From positions 121,212,001-121,276,000 of the forward strand of contig NC_058368.1 of the NCBI RefSeq assembly GCF_018350175.1: a stretch of DNA of 64,000 nt, given 5' to 3'. Positions 1 through 13,039 of the stretch are shown piece after piece. The translations under genes were made by a program, and so were the position numbers. Origin of the DNA: Felis catus. Its lineage: Eukaryota. The notes below the pieces were generated by a model. It was not told the DNA's origin, did no database searches, and saw nothing but the letters and a program-made list of their open reading frames with translations. Position 1 is the first letter of the stretch; every line of letters starts with the position of its first letter.

Positions 1-246
1 AGCAACTGTGAATCACAGAGAAAGAAGAGCACAACAAATACCTCATGGCAGAAAACCTTGAACTCCTCAGTAAAGAGAGAAAGCCAGTGGGACTGGTGTG
101 GGTGAGTGAAGGAGAGATGTGGGGTAAGTTGAGGCAGGAGAGGTAAGCAGGAGCCAGATTACACCAGAAAAGGGATTTGGGTATTACCTAAAGTCAGTGG
201 GAACCTACTAAAAGGTTGTGAACAGGGTAGCAGTATGATCAGATTG
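1..246 (-). mobile_element. L2 LINE fragment
   Basis: Resembles degraded antisense L2 (GGAGAGGTAAGCAGGAGCCAGATT...CAGTGGGAACCTACTAAAAGGTTGTGAACAGGG...ATGATCAGATT). Confidence 0.55.
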
Positions 247-259
247 GCTTGCTTGCTTG

Positions 260-302
<43 letters not shown>

Positions 303-303
303 T
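247..303. repeat. (GCTT)n(CTTT)n compound microsatellite
   Basis: Read directly from the sequence. Confidence 0.95.
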
Positions 304-2099
304 TACATAAATGGACATATATTTGTAAATATAAGCAGCAAGAAAACTCCTAAACATACCACACAGGTATTTTAAAAGTACAGCCTGTACTCATTATGTA
401 ACAGTATAAATATAAAAAGGAGTGTTGATGGGATGGGAGCAGTGGAGGTGGTGGCCTGAGCCTGGAGTCTGGGAAGGCAGGCATCATTCACCTTTCTGTT
501 TATTTTGAGGAACTACTTGTTCATCTGACTTGACGCCAAGGTAGTATTTGGGTAAGCCAGGATGAAATCCCCAGTTAAAAGTCTCCCCTTTCTTCAAAAG
601 CTTCTAAAGTTTCTACCGAGATAACCCCATCCGTGGGTGGTATAGGGGACCACCTACAGGGTTTGATTTGAGAGGTGCTAAAAGACCACTCCTGCTCAGT
701 GTAAACTTTGTCTGTCCTTCACTAGTGCCTGACATTCTCCCATCACGTTGCTATTCTGCTGAATCATCAACTGCCAGATAAGCTAACACAGAACAGCCTA
801 CTGGATCTATCCCGCCTTCCTGGAATGGAACTGGGTTTTTGAGTTTTGTCAGGGCTGGGAGGGTTTGAAGTTACTTGAGACCACTGACTATGTAGTCGCA
901 TAGAGGAGCCTTGAGACTGGACAGGTTATATCATTTTGGCTTAGGGTGGATCTGAGATCAGCTGATATGTACAGTCTGGACATATGTATAGATGTGTATG
1001 GATTTAAACAGTAAAGATGTATCAGTATACTTGCGGCATGCACATAACTTTATAGGCCCTGGGATTGGGCCAACCTGAGTTCAGATCGTAAACTCTGCAA
1101 TCTTGGCAAAGTTACAGCACCTATCTTATTGGGTGGTTGGTAGGATTTAATGAGCAATCTGTTTGAAGTCTTAGCGCTGGTCCATGGCATACAGCAAGTG
1201 CTTCATAAAAGTTACTGTTACGATTATATGTATGTTTATGCAAGTTATGTGTGTACATGTGCTTGTAGGTGCAGGTACGGACATCTAAGGGAGGTGGAGT
1301 GTTTAAGAACAAGAGAGGGAAGGAGGGAAAATGTTGCCCACCCCTGCAGCAGGAGTTCTGGCACTGGAGCAGACCTTTCTAGAGGGTGAGGCCACTGTGG
1401 AGCAGCTCACAGAGCAGAGGGCCCAGCTTTACCAAGTGGGAAAAAGAGCAAGGAACAAGGGTGTCAGACTACAAGGGGCTTCCTGATGAGCACAGAACCT
1501 ATAAAAGTGGAAATTATTGAAGGAGACAGGCAACAGAATGGGATTTGATGTCAATGAAGCCCAAAAAAACCTTCATAAAAGAGAGATGAAAAAAGACTCG
1601 AAAATGGTCTCTGAAATTGACACGTACTCAAATCTGGTGTCTGTGCTCAGAAGACACGTGACTCTGTCTGCTCCATCCTAAAGCCCCCTCCTGTTTTGAG
1701 CTCCACGCGTCTTTGCTTTTTCAGAAATAACATGGAAGAACTTTGTAAAACATGTAATCCATCACCATCCGTTCTCAGGCCTCGTGGTCCCCTCTTAAGA
1801 TTTTCCCATGGAGTTGTGGCTAAGTGCTTTCCGCATAGTAAAGAACTGTCATCCTTAAGTTGAGGGAGAAGATATAGTTTAAAAAAAAAAAAAACAAACA
1901 CCAGTTTCTTCTCTCAGCTCTACCTAACTTACTGGGCAACTTCAAGGAATCTCTTGATCTCTGTGGGCATAGCTGTCTCACCTGCAAAAGCAGTTGATTG
2001 GTCAGTTTGGGTCATTATCTTTTGACTTCCTGCCATCTCAGATGAGGTTTAGCTCCCTTCAAGCATCTCTCCTCCCCTTAAAGCTGTATCACCATATGA

Positions 2100-2340
2100 C
2101 ATGGTAGTGAAAAGCACAGAACACCTGTCTCTTGCTAGCTGTGACTCCTGGAATGAGTTATTTAACCTCTCTGTGTCTCAGTTTCCTCTTTTGCAAATGA
2201 GGGTAAAGAAGAGTATAGTGAATTACCAGGTTGCTAAAAGGATTAAATGAGTTAATACAGGTAAAGGTAGAACAGTGCTTAGTGAAGATAAGGGCTACTA
2301 TGGTGTTCAGTAATATTATTATTATTATTATTATTATGAT
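2100..2340 (+). mobile_element. MIR with (ATT)n tail
   Basis: MIR core TTAACCTCTCTGTGTCTCAGTTTCCTC...GGATTAAATGAGTTAATACAGGTAAAG, followed by ATT repeats at about 2313-2337. Confidence 0.75.
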
Positions 2341-2879
2341 GATGTACTTTATTGAATACCTCTGTGACTTTATTATTGGTAAATCAAGAAACGAAAATAT
2401 AAGTATTATGTGGTGCTGCGAAAAGATTCCAATAGGCACTGGCAGGGAGAGAGTCTGGAACCATTGCCTTTCCTTTTTCAAAGCCTTTCTGTGCATTGAT
2501 TTTTCAAAGAGGTGTATGTACAACCATAATGAGATTTTTTTTTTAATTTATTTAAAGAGATTGAGCAAAAAGACCACTGAAGTCCGTCTCAAATCCACAC
2601 ATTCAAGTACTGACTCTGGTTTTTAAGGAGCAGTAGTTTTTAGGTGACTGGCTTATCTTTGTTATAGCTGCCATTAATATGTTTGACCTTTCCAGCAAAT
2701 CCTTATAAAGGTTTAAAATAAACACAATCACCCTGGCATGTTTATAACTGAGCTGTGTTTCAACTTCTTGGATAAGAGAGACAAGGAGAAAAGTGAAAAT
2801 ATAAACTGTAAATACTTAGCCTTGGGGGCTGGCTTATATTTTGTCCCCTGCAATCTTTTCCCAGAAATCAACTCAGTTA

Positions 2880-3300
2880 CATGAAGGAAGGATCAGTCAG
2901 CAGAGTGAAGTCAGAAATTGCTGCTAGCTGCCAGGCGGTGAAAGGGTTAACAAAGGCTGAGTAAGGCGATCCTTGAAATGAGTAAGACTCAGAGTTGTTA
3001 AAGTTTTCAAAGCGTGGCAGCCGCTCTTGGGGGAAAGGAAGCCAGTTGGAGGAAGCCTGGCCAAGCAGAGGATCAGAGGATTGTGCTGAGCTGCACACAG
3101 CTGGGGTTACAAGCTCAAGGTTAGTGGCCCCCCGCACGTCTCCCCAGAGCTGACATCTTTGGAGAGTTGTCTCAGGAGGGCACGGCGCCATCTCTCATCC
3201 CCGTAAGTCATGTCTGCTTCCCTTACTGGCGGGGCCACCCACCCTCCGGCCAAACCTCCTGGGCATTGTGCTCACCCAAAATTTGGCACTTGTGAGGACA
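2880..3300 (+). promoter_or_regulatory. Putative SH3RF2 promoter / proximal regulatory region (not a strong CpG island)
   Basis: Repeat-free segment with scattered CpGs, a GC box and CACCC boxes (GGCGGGGCCACCCACCC near 3229-3245), GGAA cores and two TGAGTAA AP-1-like sites. Inferred mainly from position. Confidence 0.4.
3050..3202 (+). other. SH3RF2: Candidate non-coding first exon of SH3RF2 (5' boundary is approximate)
   Basis: Consensus donor CC|GTAAGT at 3202/3203, about 1 kb upstream of the 4235 acceptor. Locally GC/CpG-enriched, repeat-free and ATG-free from 3061 to 3202. Confidence 0.55.
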
Positions 3301-4234
3301 GGTGACCTCTTCCGGGGAGACTTATCTCAACTGGAGACGTCTTTTCAGACATTTAAAAGGAAATTGTTACTGGAGTAAGGATGTTTTCAGACCACACACG
3401 CACACCTGTATACACTGCTCTGTCTGGATTTTTGCAGGTTGTGACCACAATCCAGAATTCCTATCTGCTTCAGGTAGAACTGAGAACAATTGTCCAAGAA
3501 ACTAAACAGGCTGTGTGACGTCGTCTTGTGGGTGGAATATCGTCTCTGAGGCTAGAATAATCAGGGAAGAAAGAAGGGATGGAGGGAGGGAGAAAAAAAG
3601 AAAGAAAGGGAAGGAGGGAGTGAGAGAAGGAGAAAAAAAGAAAAAAAGCTTCCAAGCACCCTGGCCTGTACTTAAGGCAAACAATTTGAAAATGCGTTTC
3701 TAGTAAGAATTTTTCTTGTGCAGTGCTAGAACAAAATAATGGGGGAAGGTGCACTGTGAAGGAAATAATTCTACATCTGCAGGAGGTTCAGATAAACTTA
3801 TCTACACAACTTGTCTGCATGTGCTGCAGATAACAGATAAAAGTAGGGGAAGAAGGAGGAATAGATAGCTTCACAGAAATTGTGTTCCATGGGGGTCTTG
3901 CTGTGGGAACTGAAATTGACTGCGGCGGGGGGGTGGGGGGACCCCCTTCGAGGCCGAGAGGGCTCTTCTGCAGGCCCGTTTTGTCTCTGCTCTTGTTTGC
4001 ACGCCGAGAGGCAATGAGTAAGTAGTCGGTCACCATGCTGAATGCTCCCTCAGATCCTTCAGCAGGCAAGAGTTGAGCTTTATACCTGCTAGCACTGAAT
4101 CAGAATGAGTCATTTGAAACTTGGGTGCTGGAACAAAGTGCTTGCAAACTGCCTTATGAGACACTGCCTCCATGTAGGTGGGATATACCTCTCTGAGCAG
4201 TCACATTTTTTTCCTCTCTTCCTTTCTCAAACAG

Positions 4235-4346
4235 GCAGGAATTCTGAAGCTCCCGTTAGGATAGACCCGGATCTGCCCCCTCGGCTCAGCTCACCCTACC
4301 ATGCGGACTTTGCCCCTCCAGGTCAAGAGTGGAGTGTTAAAATAAA
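4235..4346 (+). other. SH3RF2: SH3RF2 5' UTR portion of the first coding exon
   Basis: Strong acceptor TTTTTTTCCTCTCTTCCTTTCTCAAACAG|G at 4234/4235, upstream of ATG 4347. Confidence 0.8.
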
Positions 4347-4724
4347 ATGGATGATTTGACGTTACTTGATCTTCTGGAGTGTCCCGTGTGCTTTGAAAAG
4401 CTCGATGTCACGGCCAAAGTCCTCCCTTGCCAGCACACCTTCTGCAAACCATGTCTCCAGAGGATTTTCAAGGCCCACAAGGAGCTGAGGTGCCCGGAAT
4501 GCAGGACCCTGGTGTTTTGCAGCATCGAGGCACTGCCGGCCAACCTGCTGCTCGTGCGTCTCCTAGACGGTGTGCGCTCGGGGCAGAGCTTGGGGAGAGG
4601 GGGCTCCTTCCGCAGGCCTGGTGTGCTGACCGCGCAGGACGGCAGGAGAGGCAAGAGTAACCCCAGAGCTCTACAGTCCAGCTCTTTCCGGCTGGTGCCT
4701 AATATCAGAATCCACATGGATGGG
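4347..4724 (+). CDS. SH3RF2: SH3RF2 (POSH3) first coding exon, codons 1-126, C3HC4 RING finger
   Basis: Translation [36 protein letters not shown]...CPEC...RIHMDG matches the recalled SH3RF2 N-terminus. ATG at 4347; donor GGG|GTAAGA at 4724/4725; 378 nt, phase 0. Confidence 0.96.
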
Positions 4725-7700
4725 GTAAGAGAGATCTTATTTGTTCATTTCGTGTCCATTTGGAAGTTGGGTCTGTGTATACCAGCAGTTAGGGAACATC
4801 TTCCTTTCTTTAGTTACATTTCAAAGAGGTCTGCCAGTGATTCCCCAGAGGTAACTGTGGGCAGTGGCCATTTTACGGAAACTCGGTGGAATCCTGAGCC
4901 TATCTAATCCATCCAGGAATTCTTAGAATTGTTAAAAGTCTCCCAGGTTATCTCCCTTGTCTAGAAGGTAACAGTACAAAGAAAGCCTTCGTGATTATTC
5001 TTCATCTTTCACTTCTGCTGTTTGAGGCCAAACCAGAGGATAGGGAAAAGAGAGAAAAAAAATCCAGCTGCTTTTTGCTTTTGAGATCTTGGAGGAGTTT
5101 GCAAATGTCAGGTTTTGTTTCAATTTTACCCAACTCCCATCTTCCCACCCCAAGTCCTAAAGCGCTATTATGACAGTGCTCATTCATGATCCATTCAAAG
5201 CTATTCTGGTACTTGATGCCCAAAGACTGTGCAGGAGGAAAGCGTGTCTGTGGGTGGACTGACTGACAGGAAGGCTGGGCTGTGAAGTAGAACCCATGTG
5301 TACAGGAGCCCTACAGGTGTCTTCATTTACAAAATGAATCAAACATGCATAAAATGCACCTGAAAGGCTGCCATAAAACCAAAGGACCCAGTAGTGGCAC
5401 GCAGGAGATCACGCTAATGCTTTTGGTGTCTGGATAATGCGAATCACTCTGGCCAACCATGCGAATGGATCCTGAGGACTGTGTCTGACCTGGCGGCAAA
5501 CCTTTTGTGGGAGGCTGTGTTAAGGGCACATCTCGAGAGGATGATGCAGTCCTTGTGAGTCCAGCGAGATTTTGTGCACTGTCACCCCACGAGTCAGCAT
5601 GTCAAAGTAGACACGGGAAGCTGTGACCTGGGTCGCTGGCATACTTAGAAAGTCAAGGCTGCATTCTGTGAAGTTCTTACCTAAAGCTAACTTCTTTAAA
5701 GCTGACAGCAGAGTCTCTCAACTCCATTGTAAAGAGTAACAGTGGGTGGGAGGGTCTTCTGCACATTCCTTTCCGCACAGCAGAATAGGCTTATGATGTG
5801 CGTTCAGGACACTTTTCTAAACTATTCCTTCCAGCGGCTCACCCCTCTTTCCGGTCACTGCACCTCCAAGTTGCCCATGCAGCAAGGGAAAGTGGAAACA
5901 GTCAAAAAGGAGAGCAGGAAGACGTGGGCATTGGTGTGAGTTCTTCACTTCAGACTTTTTATTGCCATTGTGCTTGTATGTGTGACCACATTCCAGAAAA
6001 GGGCTTGGCGCCCTCCTTTCAGGCTTCCCATTAGCCCAAGGTCTAGTCATCAATCAGAATCCACACGCCTGGAGAAGGCAGGGTGGGGGTAGGGCAGCAA
6101 ACTTATCTCAAGTGTCTTGTTTGTAGAGAGTAGGGCTCTATCTGGGGTCAGCAAATCCCCCTGTGAATTCCTAACACCCAGCAGCCTGTTTCCTCCCCCA
6201 CCCAGCAAGTCTGACTTGCCTCCCGGTGGAGTATCATCACTCACTAAGAAAGCATTGCCAGACCGGCAGGAGGCAAGTCTCTATCATCTTCATATATTTT
6301 CGTTCATGTTTTCATCTTTTTCTATGTGGCTATGTTGCTAAGAAAAGGTACAGCGAATGTATCCCCAGCTACCAAGTTTTTGAACATAGAAGATTCCCAG
6401 GCCCCTCCTAGCATAGGGAGCTGTGGGATTGAGAGCTGATAATATGTAAGAGACAGCTGGTAAGATACTGCATGTCCCTGGAACTCTTTCACAAGGACTT
6501 GTAACATCAGACGAAGGTGCCAGTGACGGGGTTGTGCCCATCATCCAAGCTGCACCGGAGCAAGTCCTGTCATGAGGCTGAAACACAGAAGAAGGCTGTT
6601 GAAGGCTACTGCTTTCAGGCGGGCCCTGGGTTGGTAAAGATGTTTCTGCAAGAGAGCGGTGCTGGCAGCCTCCCTCAGCCACCCCCGTTCCCTTCATTTT
6701 CCAAGCCATCCCTACTTGAAGTGGCTCATCTCCTGCCTTTTGCCTCTCTCACCGGGACTATGAACAAACCCGTTCCTGGATGTAAATATGGCTGTCATTT
6801 TGCAACCTGTCTCTGCTTCCACGAATGTAGCTATCTTTCCCGTAAGGGCAAAAGCAGGCATGCACCCCTCAGTTCAGAGAATTGAGGATTGTCTGGGACG
6901 CCGCACTGCCCTGAGAGTCAGAGGAGGCACTCGTATCCTCTGTCTAATCCTTACCAAGTTACTTACCCTCCCTGCCTCCTCAGTTTACCCAATTTAGTCA
7001 ACAGCTAATAATACTTGCTACCCACCTTCCTCTGGGATGGTGTGAAAATTATCTTTGCAACATACTCTTATTGCCTTAGAAAACATATGCCATGTGAATG
7101 CAAAGCATCATCATTATCATTAATTTAAACATGCTGTATGACTTTGGACAAGCCACTTAAGTTTGCTGGGTCTCAATTTAAAATTCTATAAAATAGGAAA
7201 ATGTATTGTAAAAACAGAGAGCCATTGTGAGGCTTAACTAATTAGTGTTTACCTAGCACTTTGGGATCCTCAGATGAAAGGCATTTGGAAGATCATTATC
7301 ATAGTAAACATTATTATTGACTGTTTATTGTGCCCTGTCGTGCATGAGGAATTCTACAAAATGCAGGAGTGATAGCCCTTGCAGGAGAGTGTAATAGGTA
7401 TTATTATTGAACTTGAGTCTGTGATGAGTCCAGCCCAGGATAATACTAAGTATAAAGTACTGCCCTAAGAGGGCATAAATAACCTGTTGTCCCAGGGTAC
7501 CATTTTGTAAAACACCTCTTCCAGAGAACCCGATGTTAACCTGGCCCTCTGAAAGAGTTCATTTAACCTCCTGCCTGTGAGTTTGTTAAGCCCGAAGACT
7601 GTTGTGCTCACCTAGGCTCATCTAATAAACGGGCTCATCGAGAATTTTTTGTTGGCTCAAAGAGGCCGGGTGCTCCCTGTGCCAGCCAGCATGCCAGGGT

Positions 7701-8034
7701 GGAGCCAACAGTCACACCTCGTGGTGCCAGCCCAAGAGAAAAAATAGTCCATTGTGCCTACCTGCCTGAAACCCTCCCAAGCCTACTGGGTAAAAAGAAA
7801 GCTTGGGAAATGGCTGTAGATTTCTACAGCGTGCAATTATTTCAAACCAACAGGTGAGATCGAAAGACTCTTGGACGGCCCCTGGCTGTGCAAATCCCAC
7901 AGGTTCTTACTCCTTCCCTTACAGCAGTCAAGCCAAAGGATCTTGGCAAGTCTTCCAGAAGATTACAGGCTTCTGAATAATTGATCTCTCCTCCTCACTG
8001 TGTTAATTTTTAGAAATATTTCTGAATTAAGACA

Positions 8035-8295
8035 GGCAGTAAAGCAGTGAAGCTTGCGAACTTAGGTTTGAAAAATAGAAGAATTCAAATCCTGCTTGTG
8101 CTGCTCAGTTGTTGTATACTGTGGGTGAGTCACTTAAACTTGAGGGCCTCCAAGTCCGGATCTGTGAATTGGAGGAAACAGTAGTACCTACTTCAGAGGG
8201 GTGTTGCAAGAAAGAAATGAAATGATTCATGCCAATTAGCTCTCAGCACAGGGACTGGCTCATACTAAGTGCTCAGTAAATGTTGTTGTTATTGA
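8035..8295 (+). mobile_element. MIR
   Basis: TTCAAATCCTG...GAGTCACTTAAAC...TACCTACTTCAGAGGG...AAGTGCTCAGTAAATGTT. Confidence 0.65.
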
Positions 8296-9254
8296 AGTGA
8301 CTTAATATTTTTTACTCTAAATGGCACATCCTCTTTCACCGGCTTGTTAATGGAGTGCCATCCAAAGATGGCCCTTGGTACCCTGATTTCCAGCCTGTTT
8401 GATTTTTCTCCAAATGACCTATGGCTGTGATTCAGATGTGTGATTCTCCCCAACTTATGCTGGCTCGGCAGCACATTTCCAAGACTCTAAAGGAGGCAGG
8501 AACTGATTCAAGAAGGTAACTTGCTAGCAAACTTCACTTCCCCAAATAACAAGCTCAAATCAACACATATGCAGGGCAAGAACCTTCCACTTCCCGGCAT
8601 CTCCAACTTCTTCATTAACTTCTCTCTCTCTTTTTTATTCTCCTGTCTCTTTATCCCCGACACAAATGTTGCTGCCCCAGGTCCTGCAAGGCCAGACTTT
8701 CTCCCTTCTTTGTTACACATCATGCCAACCACATACATTTCTGTCTCACTTGCCCCAGCTCAGCGAGAACATACCTGCCACCTCCAGCACATAGACCAGG
8801 TGACTGTGTCCTGGAAACTTTTTCAGCTGGTGTTGCAAGCCCCCGAGGGGGGAAAATCAGGTCAGAAAACACATGAGGGAATTGAGGCTGAGTAGAAACC
8901 AGAAGGCATCCAACTCCTTTCCTGGGTCTCAGCTGCTGTGTCCTGTGACACAGACAGTGCTTTCTGCTGAATTTGCAAGGGGAGTGAGACTGTCTGAAGC
9001 CCCTGAAACAGCAAGCAGATGCCACCTGGGTCAGCAAGGACCACACGTGACAGGTGGAGGAACACATAAAGGCAGGAGCTGAGGTTGAGAAGTCACAAGA
9101 CCCAGATGGTTCTCCACCTTCACACACATTTTGCAAATCTTTCAAAAAACCATATGGCACCAAATTGGCTCTGCCCTCAACCTCTCTCTGTGTACCTCCT
9201 TCCGAGTCACAATCCCTTCCCTTTTATTGCTTACCATAATGTTAAGGATATGTC

Positions 9255-9465
9255 ATCAGATGGAGCTGGGTTTGTCCTGGGATTCAATTATTTGCCTTAG
9301 GCAGGGTCACTTAACCTCTCTTACCCTCAGTTTCCATATTTGTACAGTGGAGATAATAATGGCGTGCATATATCATCAGGTTCTTGTAAGATTAAAATGA
9401 GATAATGTATGTAAAAAGCTTAGCACAAATGCCTGGCACATCACAGATGCTAATAAATGTTAGCA
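9255..9465 (+). mobile_element. MIR
   Basis: TCACTTAACCTCTC...CTCAGTTTCC...AAATGAGATAATGTATGTAAA...AGCACAAATGCCTGGCACAT. Confidence 0.75.
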
Positions 9466-9594
9466 ACAGAAAATAACAAAACAATAACTGTAAAGGAGAC
9501 AGTCTGCTGGCATGGGATCTGGAGTTCTTTGCACTCACGCTTAAACATGAATGAAGCAAAAGGGAGAGCAAAAGGAAAGGGAGTTTTCAAAAAG

Positions 9595-9820
9595 AGAACT
9601 ACAGTGATGGAAAATAATTCTCAGTGGTTGGCAGAGGTTACGGAGTGAGAGAGGATGTGACTACAAAAGGATAGCACAAGAGAGTTTGGGTGAGGGAACC
9701 GTTGTGTACCCAGATAGCAGTGGCAGCTATAGGAGTCTATATATCTGTTAAAATTCATAGGCATATATACCAGGAGAAAAAAAGTCGGTTTTGCTGCCTA
9801 ATGATGTTTAAAATATTTTT
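9595..9820 (+). mobile_element. Old L1 (L1M) 3' UTR fragment
   Basis: TCAGTGGTTGGCAGAGGTT...TGACTACAAAAGGATAGCACAAG...TGTTAAAATTCATAG is typical of L1MC/MD 3' ends. Confidence 0.6.
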
Positions 9821-10424
9821 CAACACAGAAAGGGAGCTAGCTCTTGTACGCTTCTTTTAGTCTCTGCCTGATTTCACCTAGCCCACTCTGATTTCCTTTC
9901 ATCTCTTTATATATTGGGCTAGTGCTGGTTTTGAGAAGGACTTTGCCATCATTTGAATGATCAGGAAAATTCCTGCCGGTGGGCTTCTCTGTGTTTCAGT
10001 GAGCCATTCTATTACCTCTTTCAGGTTTTCTTATCAGTTAAAGCTGTTTGGCCCAAGTGTGGACAAACCCAAGAGCTCAGTCCCCACAGGATGGCGCGAC
10101 CAGAGGGGTGGGGCAGCTCTCCTTATGCAACCTCAATTATCCACCTCACCTAAGGGATTAGCCAATGCCTATTTTTCTGTTGTTTTCCTTTCCTCTTAGG
10201 AAAGGTTGCCTGCCCACGTGTCCCTTCATAGGATAAAGAGAGATTATGAGCACAGAGAGTGCTTATTCAGCCCTTTTACTCACAAAAAGCATCCTCATCT
10301 GTCCCATTCCAGATGCCACTACATAGCTTTAGGCTTACGTGGGACCAGCTCAAATACAGCTCTTCTCGATTTCCTTGTCTTCTCTCTTTCTCATTAAAAA
10401 AAAAAAAATCATGCATATATATTA

Positions 10425-10705
10425 GAGAAGTCTTTCATAAGGTATATTCTGCAAACTACGAATGGATGTTCCACAGAGCTCCAGGGTCAAACAAACCTAA
10501 GCTTAAAACAGAGCCGAACACTGTTTCTTTGTGACAACACTTCTCAGAATTTTTAGCAAGCTAATGAATTGTGAGTCTGTAAGTGGTAAATTATAGTAAG
10601 AAATGTTCCCCAGATTTCTGTGGTAGTGGCATGCCCCTCTCCTCCCTTTTATTACTACCTTAGATAATATTGATTGTCCATGCAACAAATTTTGGAAAAT
10701 GTCTC
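10425..10705. mobile_element. hAT-Charlie-type non-autonomous DNA transposon relic (MER113-like)
   Basis: GTTTCTTTGTGACAACACTTCTCAGAATTTTTAGCAAGCTAATGAATTGTGAGTCT resembles the recalled consensus; a related copy lies in the opposite orientation near 49100-49300. Confidence 0.45.
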
Positions 10706-12849
10706 ATATTAATGCAAAGGCAGCTGAGCCCCCAAAGAGAACCCCTATGGCAGTTAGGACTACTAACTCTTTCCAAGAAGAGTTTTAGGCAAGTCCTTGC
10801 CATTAGAAGATATTTTAGGAGTGCTATTTAAAACTCACCATCACCACCCTCTATACTATTTATTTAGTTCCTACTGATGTCCAGCTATAAGTACTATGGG
10901 AACACAGCAAAGTCAAGATTCTCACCTTCCCAGTGCTTACTCTCTAGGTGTAAAACCAACTAGTCAGTATACATGTAAATACACTTACGTATACATATAC
11001 ACACATATATATCCCTGATTTAAAGATATTACCCATTAGAAGATACGTTATCATTTTAGTTATATCTCCTAAGAGAAAAAGGAAATAGTACCATGTTAGA
11101 TGTTCATTTTAAGATACAGCCAATTTTAGAAATGTTAAGATATGAAAAAAGGAGTGTCTTACTGTCTGATTTCATTTATATAAAATTCTAGAAATGGCAA
11201 AACTATCAACTATAGTGATTTGGGGGATAATGCAGATGTTTTATATGATGGTGTATAGGTTTGTCTAAATTCATCAAACTGTACTTAAAAAAGAGTGCAT
11301 TTTTTTTCTGTATAAATTATAACCCAGTAAAGTCAATTAAGATACAGAAGTCTTAGACTCAAAAAATGATGGTTTTTGAAAATGTCAGTGAGGTGGTTCA
11401 TTCTGAAGGAAATGAAGTTTAGCCAATAAAAAGAATCTTCCTAGGAAAAAAATAGTTGTTTTAATCATCAAGAAAAACATGGCCAAGGGGTGAAAAGGCA
11501 GCATCTGTTCTGGGCATGTGGGTACTAGGAAAGGCAGGACGGGACATGGATATCTCAAATAGAATCAAAGTTGGAGGAGAGAGAGAAGGAAACAGATGGA
11601 GAAGAGACCAGGTGAGTGGATCCCTAGCCTCAAACCACCACTGAGAAGACACATGTTGGGGACTCTGTGTACTAGTCTCCCTGCAGCCACACCGGTTCCA
11701 TGTCATTTCACAGCCTATGGGCTGTATCTGCCTAATGGATTCAGTGCAGCCGGACAATGCTCCAAGGGGACGGCTGAGCTTACTGGCCAAGTGAGGAGCA
11801 GCCTCCACTTCATTGACAGAGACAAAGCCATTTTTTTCCCATAGACATGTTTGGGATACCCGATACCCCTATCAGGTAGGAATGCCAGCCAGCGCGTACA
11901 AAGGAAGTGGTAGAACACAGGCAAGGAAAGACAGACAAGCCCATTTCTCATGAGCAGCTTCCTGCAACTTGGGTCTTTGTCAGTCCCAGGGTCAAACAGC
12001 TCCAGATCCCCACGCTCAGAGGCCAGGACATTTAACAGACTGCTCCTAAGTGCCTGCTCTGTACCAGGCTCTGTCTTGAAAGTTCACACCATCGAAACCT
12101 CATACTGGAGGTGCTCATGGACTCAGACCACGGGACTCAAATAGCAGCTGAGTTCCCCTCCCATCTCTGTCACTGCTCCAGTCTTTCACGCAAGGGACAA
12201 GGAGAACGAGTGACTTGTTTTATGTCTCCATACTGTGCTCAGAGCACCCAGCCTACAGCCTGACCCATATTAGGAACCCCCGGATATTTCGTGGATGAGT
12301 GAATAAATAAATAAATACATTCACGTCTATGGTAGAGCTCATGAAATCATGAAATAACTCGTAATGATGCAGAAATGAATTCTTCATGGATCAAGCCATT
12401 AGAGAGCTATGTGAGGAATGAGCAGCACGTTATATTAGGCGTAAAGTCATGCAGTGACTGAAACCTTCTAGAGTTGAATCACTTCATGAAATACCTTTTT
12501 GGGTGACAGACAGCACTGTCCAGAAAACAGTGTCCAAGTTCAAAACCACTTGGCTCATGAATTGTTAACCCTAAGAACATAGGAAATGCCACTCCATGTA
12601 TGGCTAAACTTTCGCGTCAGTTATCACAAATTTTATGTGCTCCTTTGATCTTGGGAGAAACATTATCTGGAGTTCATTGACACTGAGTCACAGAGATAAC
12701 AGTGACAGAAAGGTAGAGCCTCTAAAAGACTTTGCCACTGGAGTTATGAGCTGAATTGACCTGGCCCCCAATATGAAGGGAAGGCAGCATTTCAAGTAGG
12801 AACATGGCCCTTGTACCTTTCATGCTGCTAAACCTACATCGTGCATATA

Positions 12850-13015
12850 TGAAACATGCATAAGATTTACCATTTCCGTCATTTTAGGTGTGCTACCATT
12901 AATATATTGATAATTAATACATTATTGTGCAACCGTTGCCACTGTTGGTCTCCAGAAGTTGTTCATCATTCTTTACTGAAATGTACCAATTAAGTGGTAA
13001 CTCTACATTGCCCTC
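12850..13015 (-). mobile_element. Old L1 (L1MB-like) 3' end fragment
   Basis: ATTTACCATTT...CATTTTAGGTGT...TTGTGCAACCGTTGCCACT...TTCATCAT...GGTAACTC. Confidence 0.6.
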
Positions 13016-13039
13016 AGTACGTATTTATGTATTTTTTTT

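Noticed and set aside
2231..2626. 131-aa ORF with a poly-Ile stretch, and its antisense partner
   Set aside because: It is a translation of a MIR plus an (ATT)n repeat.
3565..3648. Polypurine tract in intron 1 as a triplex element
   Set aside because: Low-complexity sequence of a common type, with no independent support.
4725..4907. C-terminal 60 aa of the 186-aa ORF as a real RING-only isoform
   Set aside because: It is read-through past a good GTAAGA donor. The SH3RF2 match resumes at 55457, and I saw no AATAAA until about 7624.
10170..10210. Strong orphan acceptor (a similar one is near 53633) as a cryptic exon
   Set aside because: No convincing paired donor or coding frame; such sites are common in long introns.
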